A stretch of DNA of 64,000 nucleotides from Octopus sinensis (taxonomy: Eukaryota): assembly GCF_006345805.1 (NCBI RefSeq), contig NC_043004.1:86118001-86182000 (forward strand). The letters are read 5' to 3'. A program made the position numbers and the translations under genes. Below the pieces are notes generated by a model. The model did no database searches, was not told the origin of the DNA, and saw only the letters and a list, made by a program, of their open reading frames with translations. This document shows positions 1-13,845 of the stretch, in pieces. The number at the start of each line of letters is the position of its first letter. Positions within the stretch are counted from its first letter, which is position 1.

Positions 1-577
1 AATATAGGTCGCAGGTTAAAGGTTGGGTGAGTGCTATGACTTCAAGAGTAAGCAAAAGGCTAACCAAATGTCTCATGTTATTCTCTGTATATCCGGTTTT
101 ATATCGGAGCAACCTTCTCTTGGACACTACGTTGACTGAGATATATGTTGACCGGCGGCTGATATCAAATAAAGCGCTAAATACTTATAATATGCAAATT
201 AGTTGCTCCAGGTCTCTGGCGCTACTGAATTTGTTGTGTTTATAAACAGATTGGCTGCGTGTTTCTCTTGGATTTGTTAAGTGGTGCAAACCTTTCTGAT
301 GATAAACCCAATTAGTTCCGAAAATCGATTAAGGCTGTTTGTCATTTCTTTTTCAATCTAAGTTGAGATACAAGCATTTGCCATGATTGTATGATTACTA
401 CGTAGCTGCATACGTATTTGCATATATTTTAACATTTTGCTTAGGCATTGATAATAACCTGGTGTTAAAACTCAATATACACATGCATTAGAGAAAGCGT
501 AAGTCGAATACAGAGAATAATAAAAGATTATATAAGAGACGAGAGAACAAGAAATTCTGTAATGATCTTCATTAGCT

Positions 578-609
<32 letters not shown>

Positions 610-1210
610 ATATATATACTCGTATCATTTTGCATCAGAAGTTAGAAACAACACGAAGATATCCATATATGCGTGTATGTGTGTTTTAGTGCACCGGAAC
701 GCCAGTGTAACCAGTGCCAAAAGATTAAAAATGACGAAAACATAAATGTGTATGTATGTATATATGCCTCTCTTCCTCTGTCTCTGTCTGTCTTTCTCCC
801 CCCCCTCTCTCTATATATATATTCTTATAGTCTTTCTATATGTTTGATATAACTTTAAACATGTCAACATAAGAATAACAGTAGCGTCTGTGTTTCTTTT
901 ACTCTTGTTTTACTTTCTTGCAAAGTGTCGTCTGCAAGTTAAGAAAGAAAGATGTAAACTTAATCGATCTCTACGTACAAAATGAATAAACATAAACCAT
1001 TATATGGAGCTAATCGTCGCTGTTAAAGTATGTCGAGATCGATTTACATGGTTAACTGACCTTAGCGACGGTATCTTGACGTAACGGAAATGTCTGCAAG
1101 AATACGCTCATTCAAACATCAGGTATTCTTTTTAAGTAGCTGGAACCAAGCGTGGCACTTCACAAGCTTAGAATTCTGATCACGCAGACTCAACAGTCTC
1201 AAACGTATAC

Positions 1211-1446
1211 ATGTACACACACACACGCACACACACATTCATACATGCATATATATATATATACACACACATGCATATACGCACACCGACACATACACAC
1301 ACACATATAAATGCCCATGAATACACTGTCATACATATACATATATATGTGTGTTCACATACTCATATATATATATATACACATACATATATAGAAGTAT
1401 ACACATGCATACTTACAGATATAAACATATATATGCACATAGATTG

Positions 1447-1478
<32 letters not shown>

Positions 1479-2170
1479 GGCACTTATGCAAATATACATA
1501 GAAAATCAAACATATTTATCTATATGCATACATACACACACACACACATATACACACGTATATATATATATATGTGTATACACACACACATTCGTACGTA
1601 CACACCAAACCTCATTTCGCATATACACTTGTACATACAGGAATGCTTTCACATACTTAAACACCAACAACCTACATGCACACGCAAATACGTACATAGA
1701 CAATCGTACACTTGCAAAACTATGTACACACACACGGGTCACATATATGTACACACACAAACACGTATATTTTCTCACACGCATATACTTCTATATAAAG
1801 AGGAATTGTTGTAAACATACGTATGCACATACATTAGCGCACGTACTAACATCCACAAATTCACACACACACACGCACATACACACAGATAAATCGATAG
1901 AAATACGAGTAGACACAAGTGCAATCATATACAGAGTCACATATGTAGATCTACGTACAGAGAAATACATAAACACATACATACAAAATGACGTAGAGAA
2001 ATTTATACATACCTGCATACACACAAGCAGACATACATATACACACATACACAAAGGCACACACGCAAGCTTAAACATATATATATCCACATACACAGGC
2101 ATAGATATACACACACATGCATAAACTTTTTCAAACCAGACTCGTACACGCTCACGTACCACGTGCGGGA
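1211..2170. repeat. cryptic (CA/TA)n-derived low-complexity tract
   Basis: Degenerate TACACA/TATACA dinucleotide runs; the overlapping ORFs are HT/YI repeat translations. Confidence 0.9.
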
Positions 2171-2189
2171 AACACTACATGTTCATATA

Positions 2190-2325
2190 ATCTGCTAGAA
2201 ATAACAACCAAATTTCCCTTGGATCACAGCCTAACGTTTAAGAAAAAGCCACGTTGGGTAACATGGTCTTAAGTGTTCTTTGCATTTAAGGGTTTAATGA
2301 ATTGGTCACGGTTGGAATGTCTTTC
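2190..2325 (+). mobile_element. dispersed repeat fragment (CTGCTAGAAATAGCAGCCAAAT-type SINE tail, degenerate)
   Basis: ctgctagaaataacaaccaaatttccc...ggtcacggttggaatgtcttt resembles 63840-64000 (ctgcagaaaatggcagccaaaatc...ggtcacagccggaaagccttt); ~boundaries. Confidence 0.45.
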
Positions 2326-2334
2326 ATTCATCAG

Positions 2335-2645
2335 CGCTATTACGACGACAAGCGTTCCAGTTGTTCCGATCAACGGAACAGCTTGCTCGTGAAATTAACA
2401 TGCATGTGGCTGAGAGCTCCTCAGACACACGTACACTAGCGCAATTCTCAGGTAGATTCAGAATGTCACATAATGTAACAAAGCCGGTCATTTGAATTAC
2501 AGGTACATCTCATTTTTGTCAGCTCAATGAACTGATGCAACGTGACGTAAAGTATATTGCCCAAAGAAACAGTGCATTGCCGGGTATTGAACTCACGGCA
2601 TACGCTCTTAGGCCGAATACACTGACGACGAATCCACACGTCTTC
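2335..2645 (-). mobile_element. tRNA-derived SINE, family C (degenerate, near full length)
   Basis: Minus strand gives a tRNA-like head (gtgagttcaatacccgg), a CORE-like segment and the tail shared with 29197-29400 and 53640-53832 (gatcaacggaacagc-tgctcgtgaaattaac). Confidence 0.75.
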
Positions 2646-3628
2646 CCCCTTGGACTAAACAACGACAATTAAGACGTAATCCCAAAGCAAACGAAAGACT
2701 GAAAGTGAACGTGTATGAGATCAATAAATCTGTTTGAACCGAATTTTAATAAATTTAAACAAGGGAAATGAATGGGTTAAGAATTTCGCTCTGTAACTGG
2801 GAGAGAGACGGGAAGAGAGAAGGGATAGAGAGGGACAGAAGGGAGAGAGAAGAGGAGAGAGAGATGAGGGAGAATATGGGAGAGGTAAGAGAGAGAGAGA
2901 GGGGGGACAGAGGGAGTGAACGATAGAAACATTAAAATGTCTGATGCCTAATAAGCCAACGTCGAATGAGCTACGCCAGAACAGCTGCGTCAAAACGTCT
3001 CAAAGTCGCAAATAACTACTTGAAGTAATGAAGGCTATTAATTATTATAAGCAATAAACAAAAACACAAAGAAAACCAAAACCAAAATAGAAGCGAAACA
3101 AATTTTCGGCTTTGACATAAAAGTTTATGAATTTTATGTAAAAAATTTTTGATCAATAACTAAATCCTTAATGCTGATTCATCAACGAATAACATACGAC
3201 TGTTTGGTATTGTTGACAGCAGCTATCAATTAATCACATGATTTTCGATGTAGATTGTCATCTACTGCTTAAAATCATAAAGAAAAGTAAATCTCTCTTT
3301 CACAGAAATCGCTTCATTAGAAATTTAAAAGTAGATGACAGCCCATTAAATATTCTTAAACGCTGAAATGAGGTGTTTGTTTACTCTTACGACGTTGCGA
3401 GATCTAATACAACAATGAAAAAGAAAAAAGAAAAAAAATTGTGAATCAACCAGTGTATTGTGGTTCACAAGCTTGTTATTTAACAACACGGTTTCAAGTT
3501 TTGTCCCACTATGCGGGGATACCTTGGACAAGCGTCTTCTTATTGAGTCTGGGATTATGTCGTATGCTTTGTCGGTGTAACGGAGAGGTAGATTGTGAGT
3601 CAAAACCCACCTTGTATATATATATATG

Positions 3629-4360
3629 TTAGTTAGTTAGTTAGTTAATTTGGCTCAAAAGCAAATAGCAAGGCCATGTAGGGGGACATGGAGTTAAGTA
3701 CAGAGTGGTGTTCATGTAAAGAGTTCAGGCCACTTGAGGTCAAGGGAGGCTTTGAACAAAGCGGTCGTCAGCATCTTCACCATCTCGTCTGGCAGCTTGT
3801 TCCACGGATACGCAACCCGGACGGAGAAAGCTCCTCTCCTTCGATTGAGATGAAATCGTCGCAGGTAGAGCTTTTCGGAATGACCCCGCAGCCGACGCTC
3901 TGGAGCAGGAGTGAAGAACAGCTCTTTCGAGAGGTTACACTTTCCGCTTATGATGTTGTGGGCGAGAATGAGATCCCCACGGCGGCGGCGTTTTTCAAGA
4001 GAATAAAGGTCGAGCGTCCTCAGCCTTTCTTCATAGGACAAATTTTTGAGACCAAGAAAATGCGGGTAGCCAGCTTCTGGACTCTTTCGAGATGCTGTAT
4101 GTCTTTGAGGAGATAAGGAGAAGAGGCTTGAATCCTGTACTCCAATATGGGTCTCACCAGCGTGACATAGAGTGGTAGGAATATGGCTGCTGTGAGCATT
4201 CCGAATGACCGTCGAATCAAGAACAGAATTCCGCGTGCTTTGTTGGCAGCATGGACGCACTGGGCCGAAGGCGAAAAGGAGGAATCCACCAAGATACCCA
4301 GGTCCTTTACCTGATCGGTCCTCTCCAGCAGCAGACGACCCGGCTCGGAGCACAGCATAG
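3629..4360 (-). mobile_element. 5'-truncated CR1/L2-group LINE, ORF2 C-terminus plus 3' UTR and (TAAC)n tail
   Basis: ORF 4020..4358 gives KDLGILVD...LYVTLVRPILEY...LERVQKLATR. After one frameshift (~4060), ORF 3712..4353 gives LSYEERL..L.LYSLEKRR.RGDLI...RRGAFSVRV..PWNKLP...FKASLD. The 3' UTR has a CCATGT-cccct-ACATGG hairpin and (TAAC)5 at 3629-3648. Confidence 0.93.
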
Positions 4361-4454
4361 TTGAAGAACTCGACTCTACTGGAGCCCCGACTATTTTGAG
4401 TTCAAATTCCGTAGGGGTTTACCTAGATGTAGACTTGATTCTTCTCTAGCTTGT

Positions 4455-4596
4455 CGTCGAGGGTTAAGGTGTATGGCTGAGTGGTTAGCGTGTTGAACTC
4501 AAGACTGTAAGATTATGGTTTCGATTCCTGGACTTATTATTCTTGAGCAAAACACTTCATTTCACGTTGATCCAGTCTACTCAGCTGTAAAATGTC
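4455..4596 (+). mobile_element. SINE head (tRNA-like A/B boxes plus CORE-like segment), 3'-truncated
   Basis: tggctgagtggttagc...ggtttcgattcctgg followed by cttgagcaaaacacttcatttcacgttg...ctcagctgtaaaatg; same as 35438-35570. Confidence 0.75.
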
Positions 4597-5049
4597 TGTC
4601 TGTCAGTCTATGTGTCTGTCTCTGTGTCTATCTGTCTGTCTATAAAATATATGTAAAAATATTCGTAGGAACCGCTCATAAACCTCACGGAACCTACTGA
4701 TTGGTGTAAACTAGCAAATATCCCTTGGGTGAACATTCGATATAGTCAGAAAACTAATGCAATTTTTTGCCTAAAGAAACAAACAGATGTATTAATGTTT
4801 CTCCATAAAATCCACGGATATTTCAAATCATATGTGTAATGTCCTATGGATTGTAAATGCAGCAACAAAGACATGTGATATGTGGAAACGTGCGTAGCAA
4901 TGTAATAAAGGATTTACGAATTTTCATTCATGAGTTCTCGTTATTACTACACACACAGAGACACACACACAGACATATATAATATATATATATATATCTA
5001 TATATATATATATGAAATGCATGTAGCCGAAGGAGTTCCACGTAGTTTT

Positions 5050-5163
5050 CGCCAACCAATTCATTCACAAGGCATCAATTGTCCAAAGTACCGAGCAGTA
5101 GAACTGAACCCGAAGCCACGAGTTTGCAAAGCGAACTTGTTAACCATACAGACATGTCTGCGC
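5050..5163 (-). mobile_element. SINE family A head, degenerate
   Basis: Reverse complement matches the family A head (gaactgaacccgaagccacg...accatacagacatgtctgcgc). Confidence 0.55.
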
Positions 5164-5539
5164 TTAAAATGTATGATATCAAATATGGCATCAAAATAAT
5201 ATTAAAAAGATTTATACGAAAGAAACCTAGAATCGAACTCTCATCGCTTCCGTGAACGTAACGAATCATAACCACTAACCAACATACAAATGCTATAGAA
5301 CGAATGAGTAACATAACATAAACGGTATTTTATTCGATATTTCTCCATAATCGAGATGTCGTCGCTACCTTAAGAGACTTATATTAAACAGCTTAAACCC
5401 TGCGGTATCTAACGGAATTTTCGAAAGTTAATAACAAATGAATTTATAACGTAAAAATTAACTTAGCACAAATAAATAATATTGAAAGATATTAAAAATA
5501 AAAGTCATTAGTTAATATGGCATACTTATCAACTTAGAA

Positions 5540-5609
<70 letters not shown>

Positions 5610-7499
5610 GTGTTTATTAAATGCGAGACATTAAGTTAATTCAATTTAAGAAATATTCATTCGCAAAAGATGCCTAATATGTATGTATGTATGTGTGTGT
5701 GTGCGTGTGTCTAAGTGTGTGTATACATGTATATATATACGCGTGCGTGTACATAAGTGCATGTATGTATACTTTTGTATGAATAAGGATATATTCACAT
5801 AAATATATACGTATATAGATATAACTATATATATATATGTATGTATGTATATATATATATATACACATATACATACATATATATACATATGTTTGTGCTA
5901 ATACATTTATGGCGGTGTGTGTGTATGTGCGTGCGTGTGTGTAAATATCTACATATATTCATATATTTAGACATACGTCTCTGCTGTTTAGCAGTAGATA
6001 CGACTCTAGCCTCTAATACATTAATAACTAAACAATGAAAGCTGCTCCGTTATTGCTTGTTGCTTAATGGTAAAACCATAATTACCAAGTATTGGTTAAA
6101 TTCTCTGATGTACTATTGCAGTAGAATTACTCGTTGTGCTTCATATACAACACCATACGCCACAGACACGTATCTGCTCGCCAAGGAATTCACTAGATAT
6201 TGTTATATTTTCTACATTAATTCATTGCAAAATTAACTATTTTTCTTTTATAGAAGACAGAATCAAAATAGCTTTACAGATGTAATTTACTTCTTGTCAT
6301 TATATCGGTTCTTTTAAAAGTATTTTAGCTCAATAATTGCTTGCAAAGTTAAATCTTAATCTGGGACGCGTATTAGGTTCGTTTTATTTCGATTATTAAA
6401 GCCCTCCCACTGAGGAAAATATGAAAGTAAATGTTGGCCCCCCTAGGAAATATATGACCTCATGTCAGGCCTATGCAAGAACCAAATATTAGCACTTAAC
6501 GCTTATAACAGCGTTTAGCTCTCAATTCAACTAATTTCACGGCACTTTTGCTCCTAATATCCTTCAGGCATTAGAAAATATACATGACTCACACATCGCG
6601 TGCTTATGTAATAACTAAAAGAAAATTGAAGAAAATAATATAAATATTGGAGAGGCGCAGCCATGGCTGTGTGGATAAAATCTTCGATTTCTATCTACTT
6701 AGGCCCCGGTTCAGTGCTTAGTAGTAGAAGAAAATATATATGTGAAGATGTATACATATGTATATATTAGACATGTATATATACATTTATACAGATGTTC
6801 ATACATATCAATATCTACATATACAACTTTTACTCGTATGCGTATGCACACAGGCGCACCCATATATACGTGTATTATCGCCCTTGTACACGCAGGTATA
6901 TATACCTTGCATGCAACTTACATTCACAAATACACACACACATACATACATACATACATACATACATACAACATACATACATACATACATACACGCATAC
7001 ACACACATACATATATACGCATTATCAACGTATATATATTCGCATAATCACCGAACCTGGAACATAACTATGGTCTATCCAAAGCACTTATTCAGCGTTA
7101 CCTGACACCTTTGGATCTCACTGACACCATTACCTCTCATAACCTCCATATATATATATATAAATGATCAATTTACAGAGAAAATCCCGGAGGAACAGTT
7201 ACAAGATAGACTGATATCACATAAGCGCCTAAGAAATTAGTGATCACACTTGCGTTGGTGTTAATTTCGATGAGAAGTGAGACGTATTTTGGAGAACATA
7301 AGAACAATGGGAATGGAGACAAACGTTCAAGATGTTATTTAAATCATTCGTATCACCATATCACCTACATACGTTTCGATTGATGCATTAAAATAAATCC
7401 GAGAGGAAGAGCAATGTGGAAAAATACATCAATCTCACCAGGGAAGATGTTATAAACATCAGTGGCGAAATAAATTATTTAAATACCATGTTGTGCATT

Positions 7500-7547
<48 letters not shown>

Positions 7548-7549
7548 AT

Positions 7550-7628
<79 letters not shown>

Positions 7629-7987
7629 CATATATATATACACATATATATATATATGTATAATATATATATATATATATGTGGTGGTGGTTGTGTGTTT
7701 GTGTGTGTGTGGTTTGTGTAGTGTGTGTGAGTGTGTGTGTCTTTGTTTATCTGTCTATTTTTAAGTTTGTCCTCCTTCACCGCTTGAGAACCATTGTTGG
7801 TTTGTTTACGTTTCCTTTGGACAAACAGATCGATAGAATAAATACCACACTTAAAAATATTTACTGGGATTGATTTGGTCGGTTAAACACTTCCAGGTAT
7901 TGTCTCATTATAGCGGCACTTAGATGACAGAGACAAGCATAATACACATACACACACACACAAATAGAAATACATTTGTATGTATTA

Positions 7988-8105
7988 GACTTTGCCTTTC
8001 ATTCTTTCGGGGTCGATAAAATAAGTACCAGTTGAGTACTGGGGTCGAGAGTAATCGAGTTACCTACTCCTCCGAAACTCCTGGCTATGTGTCAAAATGT
8101 GAAAT
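7988..8105 (+). mobile_element. SINE family B, 5'-truncated
   Basis: gactttgcctttcattctttcggggtcgataaaataagtaccagttgagtactggggtcga matches the family B body. Confidence 0.85.
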
Positions 8106-8205
8106 CAATATATACATATATATATATAACTTATAAATAAGTTGTTTATAATTTTAACCGTTAAAGGTATTTTTTAATATGCTGGCCATTGATCCTACAT
8201 TAAAT

Positions 8206-8255
<50 letters not shown>

Positions 8256-8982
8256 ATACATATCATAGAAATATATATAATATATATGCAACTGTGTGTG
8301 TATTTGTCATCTGTTTAAATAATTTCAGTTATCGGAAGGTAGGCAGAATAGGGCACCAAAGAGGGCGTATCAACCAGATAGCGGTCAAGCAGAGAAAGGA
8401 TGGTCACGAGGTACGGAAAAGGGAGTTGTGAGAGCGAGAACGAGTAATGAAGGGTTGAGAGAAAGGCAGAGAGTCAGGGAGAAAGAAAGGATCGTGCAAA
8501 GAGGAGAAAGAGTATGGAAATACGAAAGGAAAGGAGTGGGAAATGTCAGGGAAAAACAAATACGAAGGAAGACGGAATGGGGAGTAGGGAGAGAGAGAGG
8601 GGTGGGGGAATGAAAGGGAAAACGGTAAATAATAGACCGAGGTGGACAGAAGAAGAAATGGAGGGTAAGTAAAGAGAGAAAGGGGACAGATAGATTGAAA
8701 GAAATGCAGGTAGATATAGAAGGAATTTTAGAGAGAAGAAAAAGAGAATACAGGTGGGATGTACAAAAGAAGAAAAGAAAACGATGGAGAATTGGTGAAG
8801 TGAAAAGGAAGACAGAAAAAGCAATAGAGAGGTAAAGTGATATGAAAGGAAAAACAGACTGGAAGGACAGAGGGAAAGATAAAGAAAGAGAGATAGGATG
8901 TCAAACCAAATTTTGTCTCCTCTATCAGGTGTCATGGATGTTGGGTGAAAACGAAAAAAAGAAGATACGTGGTGTTACATTA

Positions 8983-9077
8983 AATAATACTTTCTACTAA
9001 AGGCACAAGACCTGAAATTTTGGGAGAGGGGGTACTCAATTACATCGACCCCAGTGTTTCACTGGTCCTTAATTTAT
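8983..9077 (-). mobile_element. SINE family B 3' end
   Basis: aggcacaagacctgaaattttggg...tacatcgaccccagtg is the reverse complement of the family B tail. Confidence 0.8.
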
Positions 9078-10277
9078 GAAATAATGCTAGTAAGAACTTA
9101 CACTGGAAGCAACAACTGAGACAGGGACAAACAGACTAGACGTGGATGACCTCATCCATCATCAGTTATTAACGATATTATATATATATGTATAATATAT
9201 ATATATATAGTATATATATATATTATATAATATATATATTTATGGTGTGTGTGTGGTGTGTGTGTGCTCTGTGTATGTTTATGAATAACCGTTTCTATGT
9301 ATGTAGTGTCGTTAGATATATGTGTAACGCCATCGGGGAAATATACGGGTTCGGACTGTCGTTCTTAGCTCGACTTTCTACAGCATTAAACAGAAGATAT
9401 CAATCTTAATGTGGATAGGTCGCTAGTTTATTACAAGCAAACTTACTCAGTATGTCTGTCTATATATTATATTCTCAGCAACCACATCAAGACAGAATAT
9501 AACATATAAAAGTTAGTTTATTTCTAAGATACAGCTAACTGACAGTAATGGCTATAGGAAATGTGACCCGACAACTGATAGCCCATACCTTATTTCTTCC
9601 TCGTTTATCCTGTCACAAGCTTATAAATCTGACACAAATAGACACCAGAAGCATGAACACTCACAAACACGCCGCGCTTATACGTAATGTCATAAGCTAT
9701 AAACAGCCATTTTCTAACACCTAAACGTGCTTACGTACACAATCATAGTTCTATATCTACCCACGTATCCTGGCTTTATTGCAAGATTTGTCATCGTTAT
9801 TGTAATGGTTATATTGAGACTTTGCAAAATAAAATATAAAAATGAAAATGTATAATATATAATATCTTTAATCATTATCTAAGACGTCAGCATTAAGATT
9901 TATTAAATGCTACGACTCCTCTAGCTTACGGGGATCATACCTATACCCATACATACACACATTTGTAGTATGTATATATATACATATATATCCACAGGTA
10001 TGTATATATATATATATATACGTATGTATATATATATATAATATATATATTAAATGTATATATAATAATATAATAATATATATATATACATATATATGCA
10101 TCTATAAATATATATCTATATATCTATATATATATGAAGACACACAGTCATTATTCTCTCTGACATTGACTCTGTAAATAATTTATCATTATAACGATTT
10201 ATCATTTTAAAGACACTATCTCATTGATGTGAAGAATCGATTTGAAATGTAATGAAGATTCACAAATTTCTCTTTGT

Positions 10278-10357
<80 letters not shown>

Positions 10358-10705
10358 TTGTGTACACGCACACTAAATTATCTATCTATAGCTCTCTATT
10401 TGTATACACCTACGTATATACATGTAGCAGCTGGAATATAAAATCTCCTTTCCTACATGCAAACAACCACAGTCATATCTAATGTTATACGTGAAAAACA
10501 ATCTACTCCAGACGGGCAACTTAGTTTTTACCTTTGTTAAACCGATTACGCTATGAATAGGTACGTTGTCGGTCAAAATATTTTGCCGTATTTATATCCA
10601 AGATTTCATTAATCCCTACAAGGGGTGAAAATCAATACCAGTCATACGTCGGTGATATATATATGTTTGTATTTATGCTTTAAACATTATCATAAACTTC
10701 CTGCT

Positions 10706-11132
10706 GGATCTTTTCGGTTTGAACGGCAGTTTTTGACATAATTTCTAGGTAACTAAAAAATTTTAAACTTCGTATACTGGTAGAATGTGTTTATAAAACA
10801 TCTTTTTCTCTTGGCTTTATTGTGAAAATTCTATAGTTTGTAAGATATTTGTTGTTTTTTTTCTGCAATTTCTGCAATTTCAACCAATCAAATAATTCTA
10901 TTGAGGTAAAAACATTCTGTGCCGTATGAATATGTCCCTCGTTTAAGAAACAGACTGGGTTTATTTACATTTGTGAAGAAAAATAGATACCCTTCCCCCA
11001 CCCCTAACCTTAACTCTAACCCTAACCCTAAAACAGATTGAAATGCAATACATCGATACTAGGGTCATAATTATGGGTGACAATTTCATATGACACCGCT
11101 AGAAAAAACTGCCGTTCAAACTGAAACGATCC
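10706..11132. mobile_element. MITE with 29-bp terminal inverted repeats
   Basis: GGATCTTTTCGGTTTGAACGGCAGTTTTT (10706-10734) vs AAAAACTGCCGTTCAAACTGAAACGATCC (11104-11132), 2 mismatches; non-coding interior; superfamily not assignable. Confidence 0.85.
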
Positions 11133-11149
11133 CTCAGTGCCTGCCAATA

Positions 11150-11335
11150 GAAAGCGTTGTGGTCAAGCGCATTTGTTATTAAACTAACAACTGACGAGTC
11201 TTGAGTTTGAATCCCCAAAAGGCCAAATAGTTCTCTGTGTGTGTGAAAAATGCTCTCATAGCCAATTCTGCGTAAATAGGCTCATCTGCTATTGGTAAAC
11301 CGTATCACGCCATTTAGAAACGGTACGTGAGAAAA
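11150..11335 (+). mobile_element. degenerate tRNA-headed SINE-like fragment
   Basis: gcgttgtggtcaagcgc...gagtttgaatcccc resemble A/B boxes; the body is not matched elsewhere in the window. Confidence 0.4.
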
Positions 11336-11806
11336 ATTTGTATCTTATCAAAAATGAGATTTATATCACAACAAATTTTACTTCTATCGCTGTTTCGTGA
11401 TTATTTTACAGTAGTGATATTTTATTTAAGATTTTATTTACTTTTTAATCTAGTGACATAGATGCCAGCGTGTCTACCAGTTTCTCCTTCTTGCTGTTTT
11501 TCTGTATGTATGTCATTCTCTCTCTCTCTCTCTCTCTCCTCTTTGGTGTCTCTTACTTTCCCTGTCAGTCAGTCTATTTGCTTTCGTATCTACGTCTGGA
11601 TAATGTTTTCCTCTCTCCCTCTTTCTGTTTTTGTCTGTTCACCGGAATCGATATATATACCATTCAGAATAGAAAATAGTAACGGTTGACAGAAAAAAGT
11701 AGCGACAAAAAAAAAGTAAAACAAAAGACCGCAAAAAAAAAACCCCCAGGAAAATCAGTTTTCTTTTTGGAGTTTCGGTGCGTTTCAAGTCCAAAAACTT
11801 CAAATG

Positions 11807-11856
<50 letters not shown>

Positions 11857-12119
11857 ATCTATCTATCTATCTATCTATCACATACATACATACATACATA
11901 CATACATACATACATACATGCATACATACATACATACATACATACATACATACATACATACATACATACATAAATATACATACATACATACATATATACG
12001 CCGATAACTATACGGAACACCAATTTCTCTTTGTTGACAGGTACCCATAACTGCCTTGATAGCATTTCTAACATGGGCATTCCTGTGACAGATTACCTGA
12101 GATCTCTTTGACAAAGCAC

Positions 12120-12570
12120 GAATACCACAGATTTTCTTGTCAGTTGTTTGACCGTAAACAGTTGACCATGTGTTTTGGGGGCTGACGATATGTGCATCTC
12201 TGATCATGAGCAGAAGGATTGGGGGAGCATCATGGCCATGTGTTAAAAGGAATTCTCAGAAGTTTGAATAATTCACCTTTGGAAACATGGGTTGTTCATT
12301 CAATATCCGTAAACAATCCTTATTCTGCGACCTTTTGAGCGGGATGGGCTACTCGACAGAAGAAAATTCTAACTGGGCCCCACCCGTAAGTTCATACGCT
12401 GTTTATCTTGATATGAGATCACCATGTCGCACACATATGGTTGTGATGCATGTGCCTGGTGTACCCTTATCAGACGGGTAGTCATGATGGGTATACTGGG
12501 CTTTGTATATTTTACCCCAGTGTCACTTTGGCGGCATGCACTGCTCTCTCACTAAATAATAATGATGATG

Positions 12571-12659
<89 letters not shown>

Positions 12660-12664
12660 TATAA

Positions 12665-12695
<31 letters not shown>
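12120..12695 (+). mobile_element. retroposon-like dispersed repeat (family D) with (AAT)n 3' tail
   Basis: Homologous to 15093-15450 and 63483-63650; ends ...cactgctctctcact followed by (AAT)n; no ORF. Confidence 0.8.
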
Positions 12696-12697
<2 letters not shown>

Positions 12698-12951
12698 CTG
12701 AAAAATTTATTCGAATCGATATGACAATTTAAATGAGTAGAATTCACGAGAAATTGTTAAGTTCAGCGTCGGCAAGTAGTATGACAAGTCAAAGTTATAC
12801 TTTGCTGAGCAAGACAAGTTTGAAAGTATGAACCTGTCTCTAGTCGAAGAAAAGGAGGTGAGATGAGAGAAGAGAGAGAATAGTAGGAGAGTGAGAGAGA
12901 GGAGAGACGGGAGGACGAGAGAGAGAGAGAGGAGAGAGGAGAGAGAGAGGT

Positions 12952-12990
<39 letters not shown>

Positions 12991-13529
12991 AGATGAGAGA
13001 GAGAGAGGAGAGAGAGAGAGAGAGGAGAGAGAGGAGAGAGAGAGAGGAGAGAGGGGGGGAGGGGGAGAGAGTCGAAATGTCAACTGATGTTATGTAATAT
13101 TTATCTCGAAGCATTTCCAGACGATGTCTTATATATCAGAATATTTTCTTTGAACGTACCTACTGATATCTGTGGTTATTGAACCTGAAAACAAAACACA
13201 GCGATCGATAATCTGGCACTGCTGCTGCTCTCAAACTTGGCTAAATGTTATTTATTTTATACGCAAACAACGTGCACAACGCGCGCGTGTGTGTATGTGT
13301 GCTTGTTCGTGTGTGTGCATAGGCACACTAATACAAACATACACACATATACGTATACACATATATGCATACATATACGTATACACATATATACATACAT
13401 TTACGTATACACACATATATATAATTTAACAGATATATATGTGTAATGTTCTATATGTTTATGTGCGTATATGTGCTCTTAGGCACATATACGCGCATAA
13501 GAATACAAAAATAGAAATATATATATCCA

Positions 13530-13608
13530 CAGTAATCTCTCGCCTTATCGTGGTTCACCTATCGCGGTGAGGTTTTGGAACGTAACACCCGCGATAGTCG
13601 GGGGATTA

Positions 13609-13611
<3 letters not shown>
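13530..13611. mobile_element. pogo/Tigger-like mini-MITE
   Basis: CAGTAATCTCTCG..TTATCG at left, CGATAGTCGGGGGATTACTG|TA at right; the CAGTA.TC terminus and TA flank are typical of pogo/Tigger elements. Confidence 0.7.
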
Positions 13612-13650
<39 letters not shown>

Positions 13651-13809
13651 TTATACTTCTTCTCTTCACTCCTACTTTCCTTCTCTTTTCTCTTCACTCC
13701 TACCCACCTTCTCTTTCCCACCTTCATCGTCACCTCTCTCGTAATCCCACCCCATCCCTACACATTCCAACCCCACCTTCCCTATCCTTCCCCACCCATT
13801 TCTGTGTTC

Positions 13810-13845
13810 CTTTCTGTGGAAGAGCGTAGGCTCGAAACGTTAACG
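13810..13845 (+). ncRNA. hammerhead-like motif with core variant (CTGTGGA), probably inactive or decayed
   Basis: CTTT-CTGTGGA-A-GAGC gtag GCTC-GAAA-CGT-T-AACG; same layout as 24801-24846 but A6>U and one stem I mismatch. Confidence 0.5.

Noticed and set aside
286-340. Hammerhead-like CTGATGA...GAAAATCGATTA near the window start
   Set aside because: Stem II does not close (T/C at the base) and stem I has only one Watson-Crick pair plus wobbles, which is compatible with chance.
11002-11031. Telomere or chromosome-fusion scar
   Set aside because: Only five degenerate units, lying inside a TIR-bounded element.
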